From assembly GCA_965250285.1 (NCBI GenBank), contig OZ252299.1, positions 5,216,001 through 5,280,000 of the forward strand: a stretch of 64,000 bases of DNA, given 5' to 3'. The stretch's first letter is position 1. The number at the start of each line of letters is the position of its first letter. Source of the stretch: Myxococcota bacterium. Its GTDB lineage: Bacteria; Myxococcota_A; UBA9160; UBA4427. A program made the translations under genes and the position numbers. Shown here in pieces: positions 18,455 through 28,459 of this stretch. The notes under the pieces are model-generated. The model was given only the letters and a program-made list of their open reading frames with translations, did not search any database and was not told the DNA's origin.

Positions 18455-19987
18455 GCGCCGTCCGACCGGAGAGAAGGGGCCTTCTGCCCGAGCCTCCGAG
18501 AGCTCGAGACCGGTGAGCAGCGCATTGCGCAGCTCGCGCGGGTCGATGATCTCATCGAAGGCCATCGAGTCGGCGATGCCCCACGGCCCGTCGACCTCGC
18601 GTGCGTCGAGCGCGGCCTGCTCGGCTTCACTGGCCTTCGAGGCGGCGCCGCCGCCCTTCGCGGGCATCGCGCCCATGCTGGCATTGGGAAACGCCAGCGA
18701 GAGGGTCTGCCCGTCGAAGGGGTTCATCGCCATCACCGAGCTGCCAAAGCCGAAGGCCTTGCGCAGGGTGACATGCAGCTTCGGCCCGTCGAGTCGGTGC
18801 TGTGCGGCGAACATCCGCGCCGCTGCGCGCAGCGCGCCCGATCGCTCGGCCGCGAGCCCCGCCATCACGCCCGGGTTGTCCGCCAGGAACACGATGGGCA
18901 GATGGAATGCGCCTGCCACTTCGATGAAGCGCGCGCCCTTCTCCGCCGCCTCGGCGTCGAGGGTGCCGGCCTTGAAGCCGGGGTCGTTGGCCACGATCGC
19001 GACGCTGCGGCCCGCGAGCCTTCCGAATGCGGTCAGCAGGGCGCGGCCGTGCTTCGGCTGCACGATGAAGAGGCTCTCGCGATCGACCAGCCGCTCGAGC
19101 ACGTGCTTCATCTTGTAGGGCTTGCGCAGGTCTTCGGGCACGATGTCGAGGATGTCGTCGAGCAGCCGCTCCCCGTCGCTCGCCTCGGTGCGCGGCGGTG
19201 CCTGCCACGCGTTCGAAGGAAAGAACGAGAGATATCTTCGGGCCTGTTCGAGCGCGGCCACGTCGCTCTTTGCGACGTTGTGGACGACGCCGCCCTGGCG
19301 GACCGAGACGTCGGGGCCGCCCAGCTCCTCCTTGGTGACCTGCTCGCCCGTCGCTGCAATGACGAGCGGCGGGCCCGCGGCGAAGACCGCCGCGTTCTCG
19401 CTCATGACGGCGAAGTCCATCAGCGGAGCAGCCAGCGCGCTGTGGCCTGCCGACGCACCGAGCACCACGCACACCGTCGGCACGATCCCCGCGAGGTCGA
19501 CGAGACCCTGCAGATCGTTCGGCGTTCGGCCGTGGCCCTTCAGCGCGTTGGTCATGCGGTGGCCCGCGCCATGCAGGATGAAGACGAGGGGGAGCCGCTC
19601 CTGTCGCGCGAGCTGGGTCAGCCGGTAGCGTTTGTCGGCGCCGCCGAGGCCGATGCTGCCCCCCATGACCGTCGCGTCCTCGGCGCCGACGAGCACCGGC
19701 CGGCCGTCGATCCGCCCGAAGCCGGCGGGAAACGCATCGGCGGGCGTCGCCGGTTCGCCGGGCGCCGTGGCGCCGCCGACGAGCGTACCGAGCTCGCGAA
19801 ACGAGCCTTCGTCGAGCAAGGCGTCGATTCGGGCTCGCGCCGAGAGCTCGCCGAGCGCCGCGCGCTTTTCGAGCTTCTCGCGGCCTCCCATCGCTCGGGC
19901 GGTCGTGCGCCTCGCCTCGAGCGCCTCGATGCGAGGCTTCCAGGCCGCCTCGCCCCGCTCGCTCGCGTCGTCTCGATCGCTCGACAT
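18440..19987 (-). CDS. Acyl-CoA carboxylase carboxyltransferase subunit
   Basis: 'ARARIDALLDEGSF', 'DATVMGGS', 'AGPPLV', 'EELGG', 'DNPGVMAG'; only the C-terminal 515 aa of the 1558-aa ORF is credible. Confidence 0.9.
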   Translation of the reverse strand: MSSDRDDASERGEAAWKPRIEALEARRTTARAMGGREKLEKRAALGELSARARIDALLDEGSFRELGTLVGGATAPGEPATPADAFPAGFGRIDGRPVLVGAEDATVMGGSIGLGGADKRYRLTQLARQERLPLVFILHGAGHRMTNALKGHGRTPNDLQGLVDLAGIVPTVCVVLGASAGHSALAAPLMDFAVMSENAAVFAAGPPLVIAATGEQVTKEELGGPDVSVRQGGVVHNVAKSDVAALEQARRYLSFFPSNAWQAPPRTEASDGERLLDDILDIVPEDLRKPYKMKHVLERLVDRESLFIVQPKHGRALLTAFGRLAGRSVAIVANDPGFKAGTLDAEAAEKGARFIEVAGAFHLPIVFLADNPGVMAGLAAERSGALRAAARMFAAQHRLDGPKLHVTLRKAFGFGSSVMAMNPFDGQTLSLAFPNASMGAMPAKGGGAASKASEAEQAALDAREVDGPWGIADSMAFDEIIDPRELRNALLTGLELSEARAEGPFSPVGRRGALP

Positions 19988-20119
19988 GCCGTCACTCCCG
20001 GGCCTCGCGCCGCGTGAGGCCGCGCCGCCGCATTTGACGGTGTGCCATCGACCTTGCGGCTGCAATGGCGCTGGGCTGAAATCGCGATGCAGACGCATCG
20101 CGTCCGCGAGAAACCCCTC

Positions 20120-21247
20120 ATGATGGCAGTCGACGACGAAGCCGCCGGTGCGGCGCAAGTGAGGCGCCGCAGCGCGCGCAGGCCGGGCCGGTCGAGGCCG
20201 CGGCGCGTCGACGTGTGCGTCGTCTTCTTTGCTTTGCTGCTCGGTGCAGCGAGTGCGCTGGCCGAGCCCGTCGAGAGCGAAGGCGGTGGGGCGCCCGTCG
20301 AGGTCGCACCCGAGGCGCCCGCCGATGCGCAGCCGGGGGGCGCATCGCCGGGGCCGGAGCCGTCGTACGCGACCTTCGAAGCGCCCTCGGGCGAGTTCCG
20401 ACGTCTGTTGCCCGAGTGGGAGTACGCACCGGGTGAGGATTGGAACAAGGCCAAGCGCGTCGGCGGCCGCAGCGCCAAGGTCGGCTGGGACTTCGTGAAC
20501 GACACGGTCTCGGACAGTTGGTACACGCTCTCGTCGCCGATCCGCTGGCGCTGGAAGGAATGGCTGATCGTCGGCGCAGCCGCAGGCACGACGACCGGTC
20601 TCATCTTTCTCGCCGACGAGCCGCTGCGCGATGCCGCGCGCAAGAGCGAGCGATTCTACGAGTATGGCGAGAACGTGCGTTGGGTCGGTCAGGGCGGTGC
20701 GCTGGGCGGCTTGACCGGGGGGCTGTTGCTCACCGGTCTGGTGTTCGACCGGCCGCAAGACTATGAGACCGTGAAGCTGCTGCTCGAGTCGGCGCTCATC
20801 GGCCATGGCTACGGGTTGGCCATGAAGTACAGCGCGGGTCGGTATCGACCGCGCACGGATCGCAGCGCGAGGTCGTTCGATCCATTCAGCGGCAACGTCT
20901 CGATGCCGTCGGGTGAAGCGCTCAACGTGTTCCTGCTCGCGGGCGTGATGGCCGAGCGCTATCCGAACTGGCCCGTGCGGATCCTGTCGTACGGCACGGC
21001 CGCGGCGGTGGGAGCGGGGCGCATCGCGCTCGATGCGCACTGGGGCAGCGACATCTTCGTGAGCGCGGTGATCGGCATCGCGGTGTCGAAGACCGTGGTG
21101 AAGCTGAATGCGATTCGCGCCCGCGACCGCGAGCTGAGGAAGCGACTCGAGCTGTCGGGCGACGCCACCCCGAGCCTGCGCAAGCCGAAGCTCCGCCACT
21201 ATCTGGCGGCGACGTCGCGCTCGGTGCGGTGGACGGTGGTGTTCTGA
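20120..21247 (+). CDS. PAP2-superfamily membrane phosphatase-like protein
   Basis: 'KYSAGRYRP', 'SMPSGE', 'GRIALDAHWGSD'; start uncertain. Confidence 0.8.
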   Translation: MMAVDDEAAGAAQVRRRSARRPGRSRPRRVDVCVVFFALLLGAASALAEPVESEGGGAPVEVAPEAPADAQPGGASPGPEPSYATFEAPSGEFRRLLPEWEYAPGEDWNKAKRVGGRSAKVGWDFVNDTVSDSWYTLSSPIRWRWKEWLIVGAAAGTTTGLIFLADEPLRDAARKSERFYEYGENVRWVGQGGALGGLTGGLLLTGLVFDRPQDYETVKLLLESALIGHGYGLAMKYSAGRYRPRTDRSARSFDPFSGNVSMPSGEALNVFLLAGVMAERYPNWPVRILSYGTAAAVGAGRIALDAHWGSDIFVSAVIGIAVSKTVVKLNAIRARDRELRKRLELSGDATPSLRKPKLRHYLAATSRSVRWTVVF

Positions 21248-21289
21248 TCGGCGGGGCCCTCGTCTGCGTTCGCGAGGGGGGTGCATGGG

Positions 21290-21424
21290 TCGCGTTTTCG
21301 GGGGTGTCGTCCTCAGACTACGGCTCGCTGGCTTTGCGGCGGCCCTTCGTTTGCGCCCGGGGCGAGCGCCGGGGTGGTGTTGGCGCTCGCGTTCAACTTG
21401 CGGGCGCCACCCCCGAAAACGCGA
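21290..21424 (+). repeat. Dispersed hairpin element copy R2 (subfamily B)
   Basis: TCGCGTTTTCGGGGGTG...CACCCCCGAAAACGCGA with the conserved cores. Confidence 0.9.
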
Positions 21425-21561
21425 GGCGTTTGGGTCCGGCGTGTGGCCGCTGGCGTGGGCCGCGTTCTTTTTTGGGGTTGCGGGGGAGAAACGAAGCTTG
21501 TCGTCGATTCGGGGATCGCAGGGCTCGAACGAACGCTTGTGAGAAAAAGTCGCTTTTCGAG

Positions 21562-21686
21562 TTCTTGTGGGTGACGGCCGCGCGTCCGAGGCAGGCCTCG
21601 TACATGCAACCGTGCATCGAAGTGGGCGTAGGCAGTTCGTTTCCGTACGGCTTGCCCGCTGCAGTCTGAGGACGACACCTCCGAGA
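21562..21686 (-). repeat. Decayed inverted copy R2' of the hairpin element
   Basis: TCTGAGGACGACACCTCCGAGA at 21665-21686; degenerate partner arm TTCTTGTGGGTGACGGCCGC at 21562. Confidence 0.6.
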
Positions 21687-21817
21687 TCACCGCTTGCGCC
21701 GCCCATCTTCTCGAAGTCGACTCCGGTCCAATCGCTTCGCGAGCAACGGCTTGCAGAGAGCGGGGCGTGGTAGGGTGATCGGGTGCGTCGTTCACCCGGC
21801 GCCAGGTGGGAGAGTCG

Positions 21818-22207
21818 ATGAAGGCGCGGTTTGCAGAGAAGTGTCGCGAGGTCTGTGACGCGCATGGGTGGGAGCTCTTGCCGACGGGCGTGCTCGTGCA
21901 GTTCGGCGACGGGCGCAAGCAGCTCGTGTCGCTCGAGTTCTTCGAGTTCGACAGCGAAGAACTCGTGCGGCTCATGTCGACGATCGGACCGACGGACACG
22001 ATGACGCCCGAGGAGCTCACGACGGCCCTTCGCAGCAACGCCGAGGTGGCTCACGGTGCGCTGGCGATTCGCGACGATGAGCTGGTGCTCGTCGACACGC
22101 TGCTGATCGACGGGCTCGAGGCGTCGGCGCTCGCGGCGTCGATCGAGTTTCTCGCGACCAGCGCAGACGACACGGAGCGCGTGGCGTTTCGGACGGACGC
22201 CCACTGA
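21818..22207 (+). CDS. YbjN/CesT-like (type III chaperone fold) small protein
   Basis: 129 aa, acidic, 'ALRSNAEVAHGALAI...LATSADDTE' pattern. Confidence 0.6.
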   Translation: MKARFAEKCREVCDAHGWELLPTGVLVQFGDGRKQLVSLEFFEFDSEELVRLMSTIGPTDTMTPEELTTALRSNAEVAHGALAIRDDELVLVDTLLIDGLEASALAASIEFLATSADDTERVAFRTDAH

Positions 22208-22299
22208 ATCTGCGTGCCGACGTGGTTGCACGGGTTCGCGATCGAGCGGCAGCATGCTCGAGCTGCGCCCGGCCCGCGGTGTCGTCGGGGGAGAGTGAG

Positions 22300-24390
22300 C
22301 TAGCCGCGATCGAGCATGTAGTCGCCGGCGTCGTCGACGCGGCAGGTCCATCCCGGGTAGACGACGATCGTGGTGAACGTCTCTTCGATGATGCCCGGGG
22401 CCTCGACGAAGTCGCCCGGGCCCAGGTCGGGACCGTGGTAGATCGGCGTGTCGGCGAAGCCCGTGCCCAGGTTGGCGCGGCGCGTCGTCTTCGGTTCGGC
22501 CCGGCTGGGTTTCGCGTTGCTGCCCGACTGAAACGCCGGTGCGGCGATCGGCGCCGAGATCACCAGGCGTACGCCCGTGATCTCGGGCGCCTCCAGATCG
22601 CGGCGATGCCCGTACTCGGCCTCGTGCCGTGCATGGAAGCGCGCGATCATGTCGGCCGGGAGCGAGGCGTTCACGAACGAGAGGTCGCGCGCCCCCGTGA
22701 CCGTGGCGACGTCGACCGAGAGCGACCAGTTCTGCCCGGGGTAGCGCAGGTTGAGCTTGTACTGTGCTTCGACGTCGTTTCGATCGAAGCCCGCGGCCGA
22801 GAAGTAGCCTTCGGCCCGAGCATCGAGCTCCTCCCAAAGCGCCCGCAGACGTTCGACATCGGCTTCGGCCACGCCGACGAGGTAGGCGCGCTCTTCGTCG
22901 ATGATCGGCTTCGCGGCGAGTGCGCCCACGGCCGAGAACGTCGGCGATGAGCGGGGCACGAGCACGCGATCGATCCCGAGCTCTTGCGCCTGAATGCCCG
23001 CGAAGACCGGTCCGTTGCCGCCGTAGGCCAACATCGACAGGTCGCGCGGATCGAGACCGCGTTCGGCCGTGGTGCGGCGCACCGCTTGGGTCATGTTCGC
23101 GTTGACGATGCGCCACACGTCGAACGCCGCTTCTTCGACGGAGAGCCCCAGCGGCTTTGCGACGTGCTCTTCGAACGCTTCGTCGACGCCCTTGCGTGTC
23201 AGACGGAAGCTGCCACCCGCGAAATCCGACTCGTCTGAGAGCAGGCCGAGGATCAGGTTGGCGTCCGTGACGGTCGGTCGCGATCCGCCGCGGCCGTAGC
23301 AGACAGGGCCGGGATCGGAGCCCGCGCTCTCCGGGCCGACCTGAAGCTGGCCGCCATTCAGGTGCGCGATCGATCCGCCGCCCGCGCCCAGGGTTTCGAC
23401 TTTGACCATCGGCGTGGCGACGAGATAGCGGTGATGCCAGTTGAAGCCGGGGTCGGCCGGTGCCTCGCCGCCCACTACGACCGACACGTCGTAGCTCGTG
23501 CCTCCCATGTCGACGCAGAGCAGGTCGGGTGCGCCCTTCGCCCGACCGATGTGCGCGCCGCCCACGACGCCGCCGGCGGGCCCCGATGCGAGCACGCGCA
23601 CGGGGCTGCCGCGCAGGTACTCGCGGGTCATCACGCCGCCGCTCGACTGCATGACGAGCAGGTCGCTCGTGTAGCCGGCCTCGGCGAGTCGGCGGGTGAG
23701 GCGGTCGAGGTAGCTCGACACCTTCGGGCCGACGTAGGCGTTGACGACGGTCGTGCTGGTGCGTTCGAACTCGGGCGCGCGGGGCAGCACCTCGTGCGAC
23801 ATCGAGATGGCCGCACCGGGCAGCTCCTCGGCGACGATCTCAGCGAGTCGCTTCTCGTGCGCCGGGTTGACGAACGAGAAGAGCAGACAGATTGCGACCG
23901 ACTCGACGCCTTGCTTTGCGAGTCGGCGAATCGCCGCCCGCGCAGCTTCTTCGTCGAGCGGCGTGTGCACGCTGCCGTCGAAGGTCAGGCGCTCCGGGAC
24001 GGTCAGCCGCCGACGCCGCGGCGCGATGGGCTTCGGCGGGGCGAGGCGCACGTCCCAGATGTCTTCCTTGAAACCGCGACGCAGCTCGAGCTCATCGCGA
24101 AAACCCTGGGTCGTGAGCAAGCCCGTCACCGCCCCATCCATTTCGATGAGCGTATTGTCGGCCACCGTCGTGCCGTGAATGATCGCTTCGAGCCGAGCGA
24201 CGAAGGCTTCGAGTTCGAGGCCTTCATGAGCGGCCAGCTTCCCGAGCCCGGTCATGACCGCCTCGCTCCGGTCCTCGGGTGTGCTCAGCGTCTTCTCGAT
24301 GACGAGGCCGTCTTCACCTTCGTCCTTTTGCAGGACGAAGTCGGTGAACGTGCCGCCAATGTCGATGCCCACGCGCCAGCCCACGGTCAC
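22300..24390 (-). CDS. Hydantoinase A/oxoprolinase (acetone carboxylase beta-like) subunit
   Basis: 'GIDIGGTFTD', 'HGTT', 'EFERTSTTVVNAY', 'SGPAGG', 'DMGGTS', 'GPESAGSDPGP'; GTGA coupling with the B subunit. Confidence 0.92.
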   Translation of the reverse strand: MTVGWRVGIDIGGTFTDFVLQKDEGEDGLVIEKTLSTPEDRSEAVMTGLGKLAAHEGLELEAFVARLEAIIHGTTVADNTLIEMDGAVTGLLTTQGFRDELELRRGFKEDIWDVRLAPPKPIAPRRRRLTVPERLTFDGSVHTPLDEEAARAAIRRLAKQGVESVAICLLFSFVNPAHEKRLAEIVAEELPGAAISMSHEVLPRAPEFERTSTTVVNAYVGPKVSSYLDRLTRRLAEAGYTSDLLVMQSSGGVMTREYLRGSPVRVLASGPAGGVVGGAHIGRAKGAPDLLCVDMGGTSYDVSVVVGGEAPADPGFNWHHRYLVATPMVKVETLGAGGGSIAHLNGGQLQVGPESAGSDPGPVCYGRGGSRPTVTDANLILGLLSDESDFAGGSFRLTRKGVDEAFEEHVAKPLGLSVEEAAFDVWRIVNANMTQAVRRTTAERGLDPRDLSMLAYGGNGPVFAGIQAQELGIDRVLVPRSSPTFSAVGALAAKPIIDEERAYLVGVAEADVERLRALWEELDARAEGYFSAAGFDRNDVEAQYKLNLRYPGQNWSLSVDVATVTGARDLSFVNASLPADMIARFHARHEAEYGHRRDLEAPEITGVRLVISAPIAAPAFQSGSNAKPSRAEPKTTRRANLGTGFADTPIYHGPDLGPGDFVEAPGIIEETFTTIVVYPGWTCRVDDAGDYMLDRG

Positions 24391-26213
24391 GCTCCCTCGC
24401 CGCGGGCGCGCTCGGCGCGAAGGGCCTTCGTCGCGGCTTCGTCGACCGCCAGGTTCCAGTCGTCGAAGCTGCCTTCGATCACGACGCCATAGCGCGTTCG
24501 AGCGGCTTCGATGCTCACATACTCGTCGAGCACGTCTTCGAGCACCGCCGCCGGATCGCGGCGGAGCGGATCGCCGTAGCCGCCTCCGCCGCCGTACTGG
24601 TACGCCGTCACGGCACCGGCCGGCAGCGGCGCCTGGATCGCGTTCTCGACCTCGTACTCGTTCTCGGTGCCCTGCTCGTAGAGCAGCGAGTAGGGGCTGC
24701 CATCGTCCCCGCCCGCGAGGCCGCGCAGGGGATGCTTGCGCGAGACCATCCAGCTGACGCCGGTGGCTTCGGCCAGCACCTGCTTCACGTTCAGCGTGCC
24801 GGGCTGGCCTCGCCACTGGCCGGCGCCGCCAGTATCGGTCGTCATCTCACGGCTGATGTTGAGCACGGGCAGGCGGCTCTCGGCGTCTTCGGCCTCGGCG
24901 AGATAGAGGTTGCCGAGCCCGCTGCACATCGAGCCCCAGCCATCGATGCCCTGGGCGGCCGACGCATCGCTCGAGCGCACGTCGACACCCTGATCCATCC
25001 ACATCATGCCGGTCTCATCGAAACCGAGCACCGTATTGGGCATGCCAAGCTTGTAGACCTGCGGCGAAGACCGTTCGGGCAGGATGTCGGCAAGCGCGAT
25101 GCAGATCGCCTCGCCGATCTCGACCGCCGGGTGGAAGGCGCCGAGCGCCGCCGGCTTGTTCGGCGGGGGTTGCAGGATCGAGCCTTCGGGAATGATCATG
25201 TCGACCGCGTTGAAGAGGCCTTCGTTCTTGACGATCGCCGGGTCGACCATCGAGGCCAGCTGGGCCATCGCGTAGCCTCGGCTGTTGCTGAACGTGTTCC
25301 AGACGCAGACGAGCTCGGGGCGTGCGTCGCTGCCGGTCATGTCGATGGTGAGCGCATCGCCATCGACGACGCACGCGACGTGCACGTGAACGTCTTCGTT
25401 GCCGACGGTGTCGTGGTCGATCCAGACGTCGGCCTCGTAGGTGCCGTCGGGCCAGCGAGCGACCTCTTCGCGAAATCGTCGCTCGGTCTCGTCGACGTTC
25501 CAGTTGATCGCCGCCCGAACGACGTCGGCGCCCCATTTCGCGTTCAGCTCGCCGAGCAGGCGCGCCCCGAGCTGCGAGCCCGAGATCATCGCGGCCAGGT
25601 CGCCCTCGAACGATGGGAAGCGGTTGTTGCGCACGATCATGTCGATCACGTCGCGCCGCGGCTCGCCGCGATGTACGAGCTTGATCCGAGGGATCGGCAT
25701 GCCCTCGGCGAACAGCTCCATCGCGTCGACGGAGAACCCGCCGGGGTCCTTGCCGCCGGTATCGCCCTGGTGCGCCTGCAGCGCGCTGATCGTGACCAGC
25801 TGGCCAGCGTCATCGAAGACGGGGGTATAGACGGTGTAGTCGGGGAGGTGACCGCCGCCATGGTCGGGATCATTGCCGACGAACACATCCCCCGGTCCCC
25901 AGTCGTCGGTCTCGTAGTGCTCGAGGCCCCAACGCACCGCGAGCGGCGAGATGAAGAGCAGCTGAGGGATGCCCACCGAGAGGCCGGCCAGGCGCCCGTT
26001 CGCGTCGATGATCGAGGCGTTGCGCTCGTTCGACTGGTTGATGATCGCCGACGAGGCCGCGCGACCGAGGTGGGTCGCGCTCTCGTAACAGATCGTCTCG
26101 AAGGCGCCGCGAATGATGCCGGCCGTGACGGCGTCGACCTCGGCCTCGGTCGGCAGCGCGGCGCGGGGCGCGACGAGCCGGCGGTTCACCTCGAAGGGGT
26201 CGGCGAGGGACAT
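24387..26213 (-). CDS. Hydantoinase B/oxoprolinase subunit
   Basis: 'NDPDHGGGHLPD', 'HQGDTGG', 'GGAGQWRG', 'GGGGGYGDP'. Confidence 0.92.
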   Translation of the reverse strand: MSLADPFEVNRRLVAPRAALPTEAEVDAVTAGIIRGAFETICYESATHLGRAASSAIINQSNERNASIIDANGRLAGLSVGIPQLLFISPLAVRWGLEHYETDDWGPGDVFVGNDPDHGGGHLPDYTVYTPVFDDAGQLVTISALQAHQGDTGGKDPGGFSVDAMELFAEGMPIPRIKLVHRGEPRRDVIDMIVRNNRFPSFEGDLAAMISGSQLGARLLGELNAKWGADVVRAAINWNVDETERRFREEVARWPDGTYEADVWIDHDTVGNEDVHVHVACVVDGDALTIDMTGSDARPELVCVWNTFSNSRGYAMAQLASMVDPAIVKNEGLFNAVDMIIPEGSILQPPPNKPAALGAFHPAVEIGEAICIALADILPERSSPQVYKLGMPNTVLGFDETGMMWMDQGVDVRSSDASAAQGIDGWGSMCSGLGNLYLAEAEDAESRLPVLNISREMTTDTGGAGQWRGQPGTLNVKQVLAEATGVSWMVSRKHPLRGLAGGDDGSPYSLLYEQGTENEYEVENAIQAPLPAGAVTAYQYGGGGGYGDPLRRDPAAVLEDVLDEYVSIEAARTRYGVVIEGSFDDWNLAVDEAATKALRAERARGEGA

Positions 26214-26242
26214 GACGGGCCTCCCGGGCCGGCGGCCCGTTG

Positions 26243-26291
26243 GGATTTGACGGTCCGTCAGATCCTATCGGGCGGTGCGTTGGGGCGTCAA
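26243..26291 (-). promoter_or_regulatory. Sigma70-type promoter with overlapping palindromic operator for the hydantoinase operon
   Basis: Minus strand TTGACG-N18-TAGGAT; palindrome GGATTTGACGG-t-CCGTCAGATCC (26243-26265, 1 mismatch). Confidence 0.65.
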
Positions 26292-26310
26292 TTCTGATCT
26301 CGGGCCTGGG

Positions 26311-26537
26311 TGCCCGGGTCGGCTTTTCGGGGGTGTCGTCCTCAGATTCCGGCTCGCTGGCTTTACGGGGATGGGGCGTTTTCGCTCGGAGCGGGGGTGC
26401 GGTGGCGCTTTGGCGCCCGCAAGTCGAAGGCGGGCCAGCCCTCGCAAGACGCCCCGCCCAAAACGCAAACGGGCCGACTCCGTAGAGCCGGCCCGCCTGA
26501 GTCTGAGGACGACACCCCCGAAAACGCGACCCGGGCA
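26311..26537. repeat. Composite hairpin element R3 (forward half-copy fused to an inverted copy)
   Basis: TTTTCGGGGGTGTCGTCCTCAGA...TCTGAGGACGACACCCCCGAAAA outer inverted repeat, extended by TGCCCGGGTCG/CGACCCGGGCA. Confidence 0.88.
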
Positions 26538-26569
26538 ACCCACCCCCGAAGCGTCTCAAGGGTGCGCGA

Positions 26570-27505
26570 TCAGAAGTTGTAGGTGAGACCGCCGAAGTAC
26601 TGCAGGTTGTTGTTCTCGTTGCGCAGGTTCGGGGCGACGGGGATTGTGACCTGGTTGCGGTACTCGTTCTTGAGGCCGGCGTTGAGCGCCAGGCCGTCGA
26701 GCCAACCGAGCGAGACCTCGTAGACCGCGTTCGAGATGACGCGGAAGTCCTTCCAGCGCTCGAAGTCGGCGTAGTAGTAGGTATCCGCGCGGATGACCTG
26801 GCCTTCCATGATGTTCCAACGGAAGTCCATGCCCGTCGTGAATTCGCCGATCGCATCGTCGATCACGCCGCCCTGGTAGTTGACGCCGGCACCGAGGTTC
26901 CAGAGCCAGAGGATGGTGTCGTTGTTGTAGATCTCCCAACCGGCACCGCCCTGGCCCGTGAAACGATTCTCGAAGTCCTGGAACTCGTCGTAGTCGTACC
27001 GCGCGTTGACCCAGAGATAGAAGGGTGAGTCGCCGAAGATCAGAAAGTCTTGCCGATAGTCGACGAAGGCGTTGTTCGTCGTCTTGATCTTCGTCGCTTC
27101 GGTCACGGCGCGCTGGTTCGCGAAGAAGTACTGCCCACGGAACCGGGCGCGGTACCACTTGCCCTCGCCAAAGAGCCGGGCGCCGGCGTTGATGCCGATG
27201 CTGTCACTGTTGCCCGACGACCCGTTGAAGCCGAACTCGACCGAGCGGTCCCAGCCCTTCAGGAAGTCCGTGCCGAAGAGGCCCGGGTTCGGCGGCTCTT
27301 CCTTCTTGATCGAGCTCTTCGGGATCGTCATCTCGCCGAAGACCGGGTGCTTGACGACGATCTCGGTGTCGGTCTCCTTGACGACCTCACCCTCGAACTT
27401 GTCGCCGTTCTCGAGCTCGAACGTGTCGGCGAAGCTCTGTGTGCCGATCAGCACGAGGCCGATGACGCACGCCGCCGCGCGCAGCCACGTGTTTGTTCTC
27501 ACCAT
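26570..27505 (-). CDS. DUF481 (YdiY-like) outer-membrane beta-barrel protein
   Basis: Signal peptide, 'GFNGSSGNSD', 'YDYDEFQD', C-terminal 'GLTYNF'. Confidence 0.82.
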   Translation of the reverse strand: MVRTNTWLRAAACVIGLVLIGTQSFADTFELENGDKFEGEVVKETDTEIVVKHPVFGEMTIPKSSIKKEEPPNPGLFGTDFLKGWDRSVEFGFNGSSGNSDSIGINAGARLFGEGKWYRARFRGQYFFANQRAVTEATKIKTTNNAFVDYRQDFLIFGDSPFYLWVNARYDYDEFQDFENRFTGQGGAGWEIYNNDTILWLWNLGAGVNYQGGVIDDAIGEFTTGMDFRWNIMEGQVIRADTYYYADFERWKDFRVISNAVYEVSLGWLDGLALNAGLKNEYRNQVTIPVAPNLRNENNNLQYFGGLTYNF

Positions 27506-27613
27506 GGTTCTCCTCCCCCCGTTCGCGCGAAGGCGATCGCGCGATGTCTTGATCTTCGCGCGCCCCGCCGCGTCGTGCAGCGGGGCGCGCGTGGTTCACT
27601 CGCGAGAAGCGGC

Positions 27614-28459
27614 CTAGGCCGATTTCGGCATGTCGATCACGTGCACGTCGCGCTGCGGATAGGGGATCGAGCAGCCCGAGGCCTCGATGCCCTCCTTGAG
27701 CGCGCGCATCAGGGCGAATCGCGTGGGCCAGTAGTTGCCGCCGTTCACCCAGGGGCGCACGACGAGGTTCACCGAGTTGTCGCCGAGCTCTGCGACTTCA
27801 ATGGTGGGTGCCGGATCGGCGAGCACGTTCTCGTTGGCCTTCACGACCTTCTCGATGGCATCGATGGCGACGCCGATGTCGTCGCCGTAGCCGATGCCCA
27901 TCACGAGGTCGATGCGGCGATTCTCGTTGGCCGAGTAGTTCTTGATGATGTCGCCATAGATGGCGGTGTTCGGGCAGATGATCTTCACGTTGTCGCCGGT
28001 GTGGATGGTCGTCGTGAAGATGCCGATCTCCTGAACCGCACCCGCGACGCCGGCCACCTCGACCCAGTCGCCGATGTGGATGGGGCGGAACACGAGCAAC
28101 ATCGTACCGGCCGCGAAATTCGACAGCGTGCCCTGCAGCGCGAGGCCAACGGCCAGACCGGCGGCACCCATGACGGCGACGAGGCTCGTGGTCTCGATGC
28201 CGAAGAGGTTCAGCACCGCGATGATCACGACGGTCAGGGCACCGTAGTAGGCCATGCTGCTGATGAAGGGCACGAGCGCGGCGTCGGTGTTGCCGCGTTC
28301 GAGCGCCTTCTTGATGCTGCTGCGGATCATGCCGGCCACCATGCGACCGATGATCAGAACGGCGATGGCGCCGATGACGGAGAGCCCCCACGTCGAAATC
28401 AGTTCGATCGCGGCCTCCATGGCCTCGGCTGCGGATTCGTTCATCTGGGCGGGATCCAT
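27614..28459 (-). CDS. mscS: Small-conductance mechanosensitive channel
   Basis: 'GAAGLAVGLALQGTLSNFAAG', 'FRPIHIGD', 'IPYPQRDVH'. Confidence 0.95.
   Translation of the reverse strand: MDPAQMNESAAEAMEAAIELISTWGLSVIGAIAVLIIGRMVAGMIRSSIKKALERGNTDAALVPFISSMAYYGALTVVIIAVLNLFGIETTSLVAVMGAAGLAVGLALQGTLSNFAAGTMLLVFRPIHIGDWVEVAGVAGAVQEIGIFTTTIHTGDNVKIICPNTAIYGDIIKNYSANENRRIDLVMGIGYGDDIGVAIDAIEKVVKANENVLADPAPTIEVAELGDNSVNLVVRPWVNGGNYWPTRFALMRALKEGIEASGCSIPYPQRDVHVIDMPKSA

Noticed and set aside
18440..23116. 1558-aa minus-strand ORF as a giant fusion protein
   Set aside because: Only the last 515 aa are a carboxyltransferase; the rest is Arg/Pro-rich read-through overlapping the PAP2, YbjN-like and hydantoinase genes and repeats, typical of stop-poor high-GC DNA
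26501..26530. Hammerhead ribozyme (CUGAGGA...GAAA on the element's reverse strand)
   Set aside because: The sequence between CUGAGGA and GAAA (CGACACCCCC) cannot form stem II, and subfamily A lacks the GAAA
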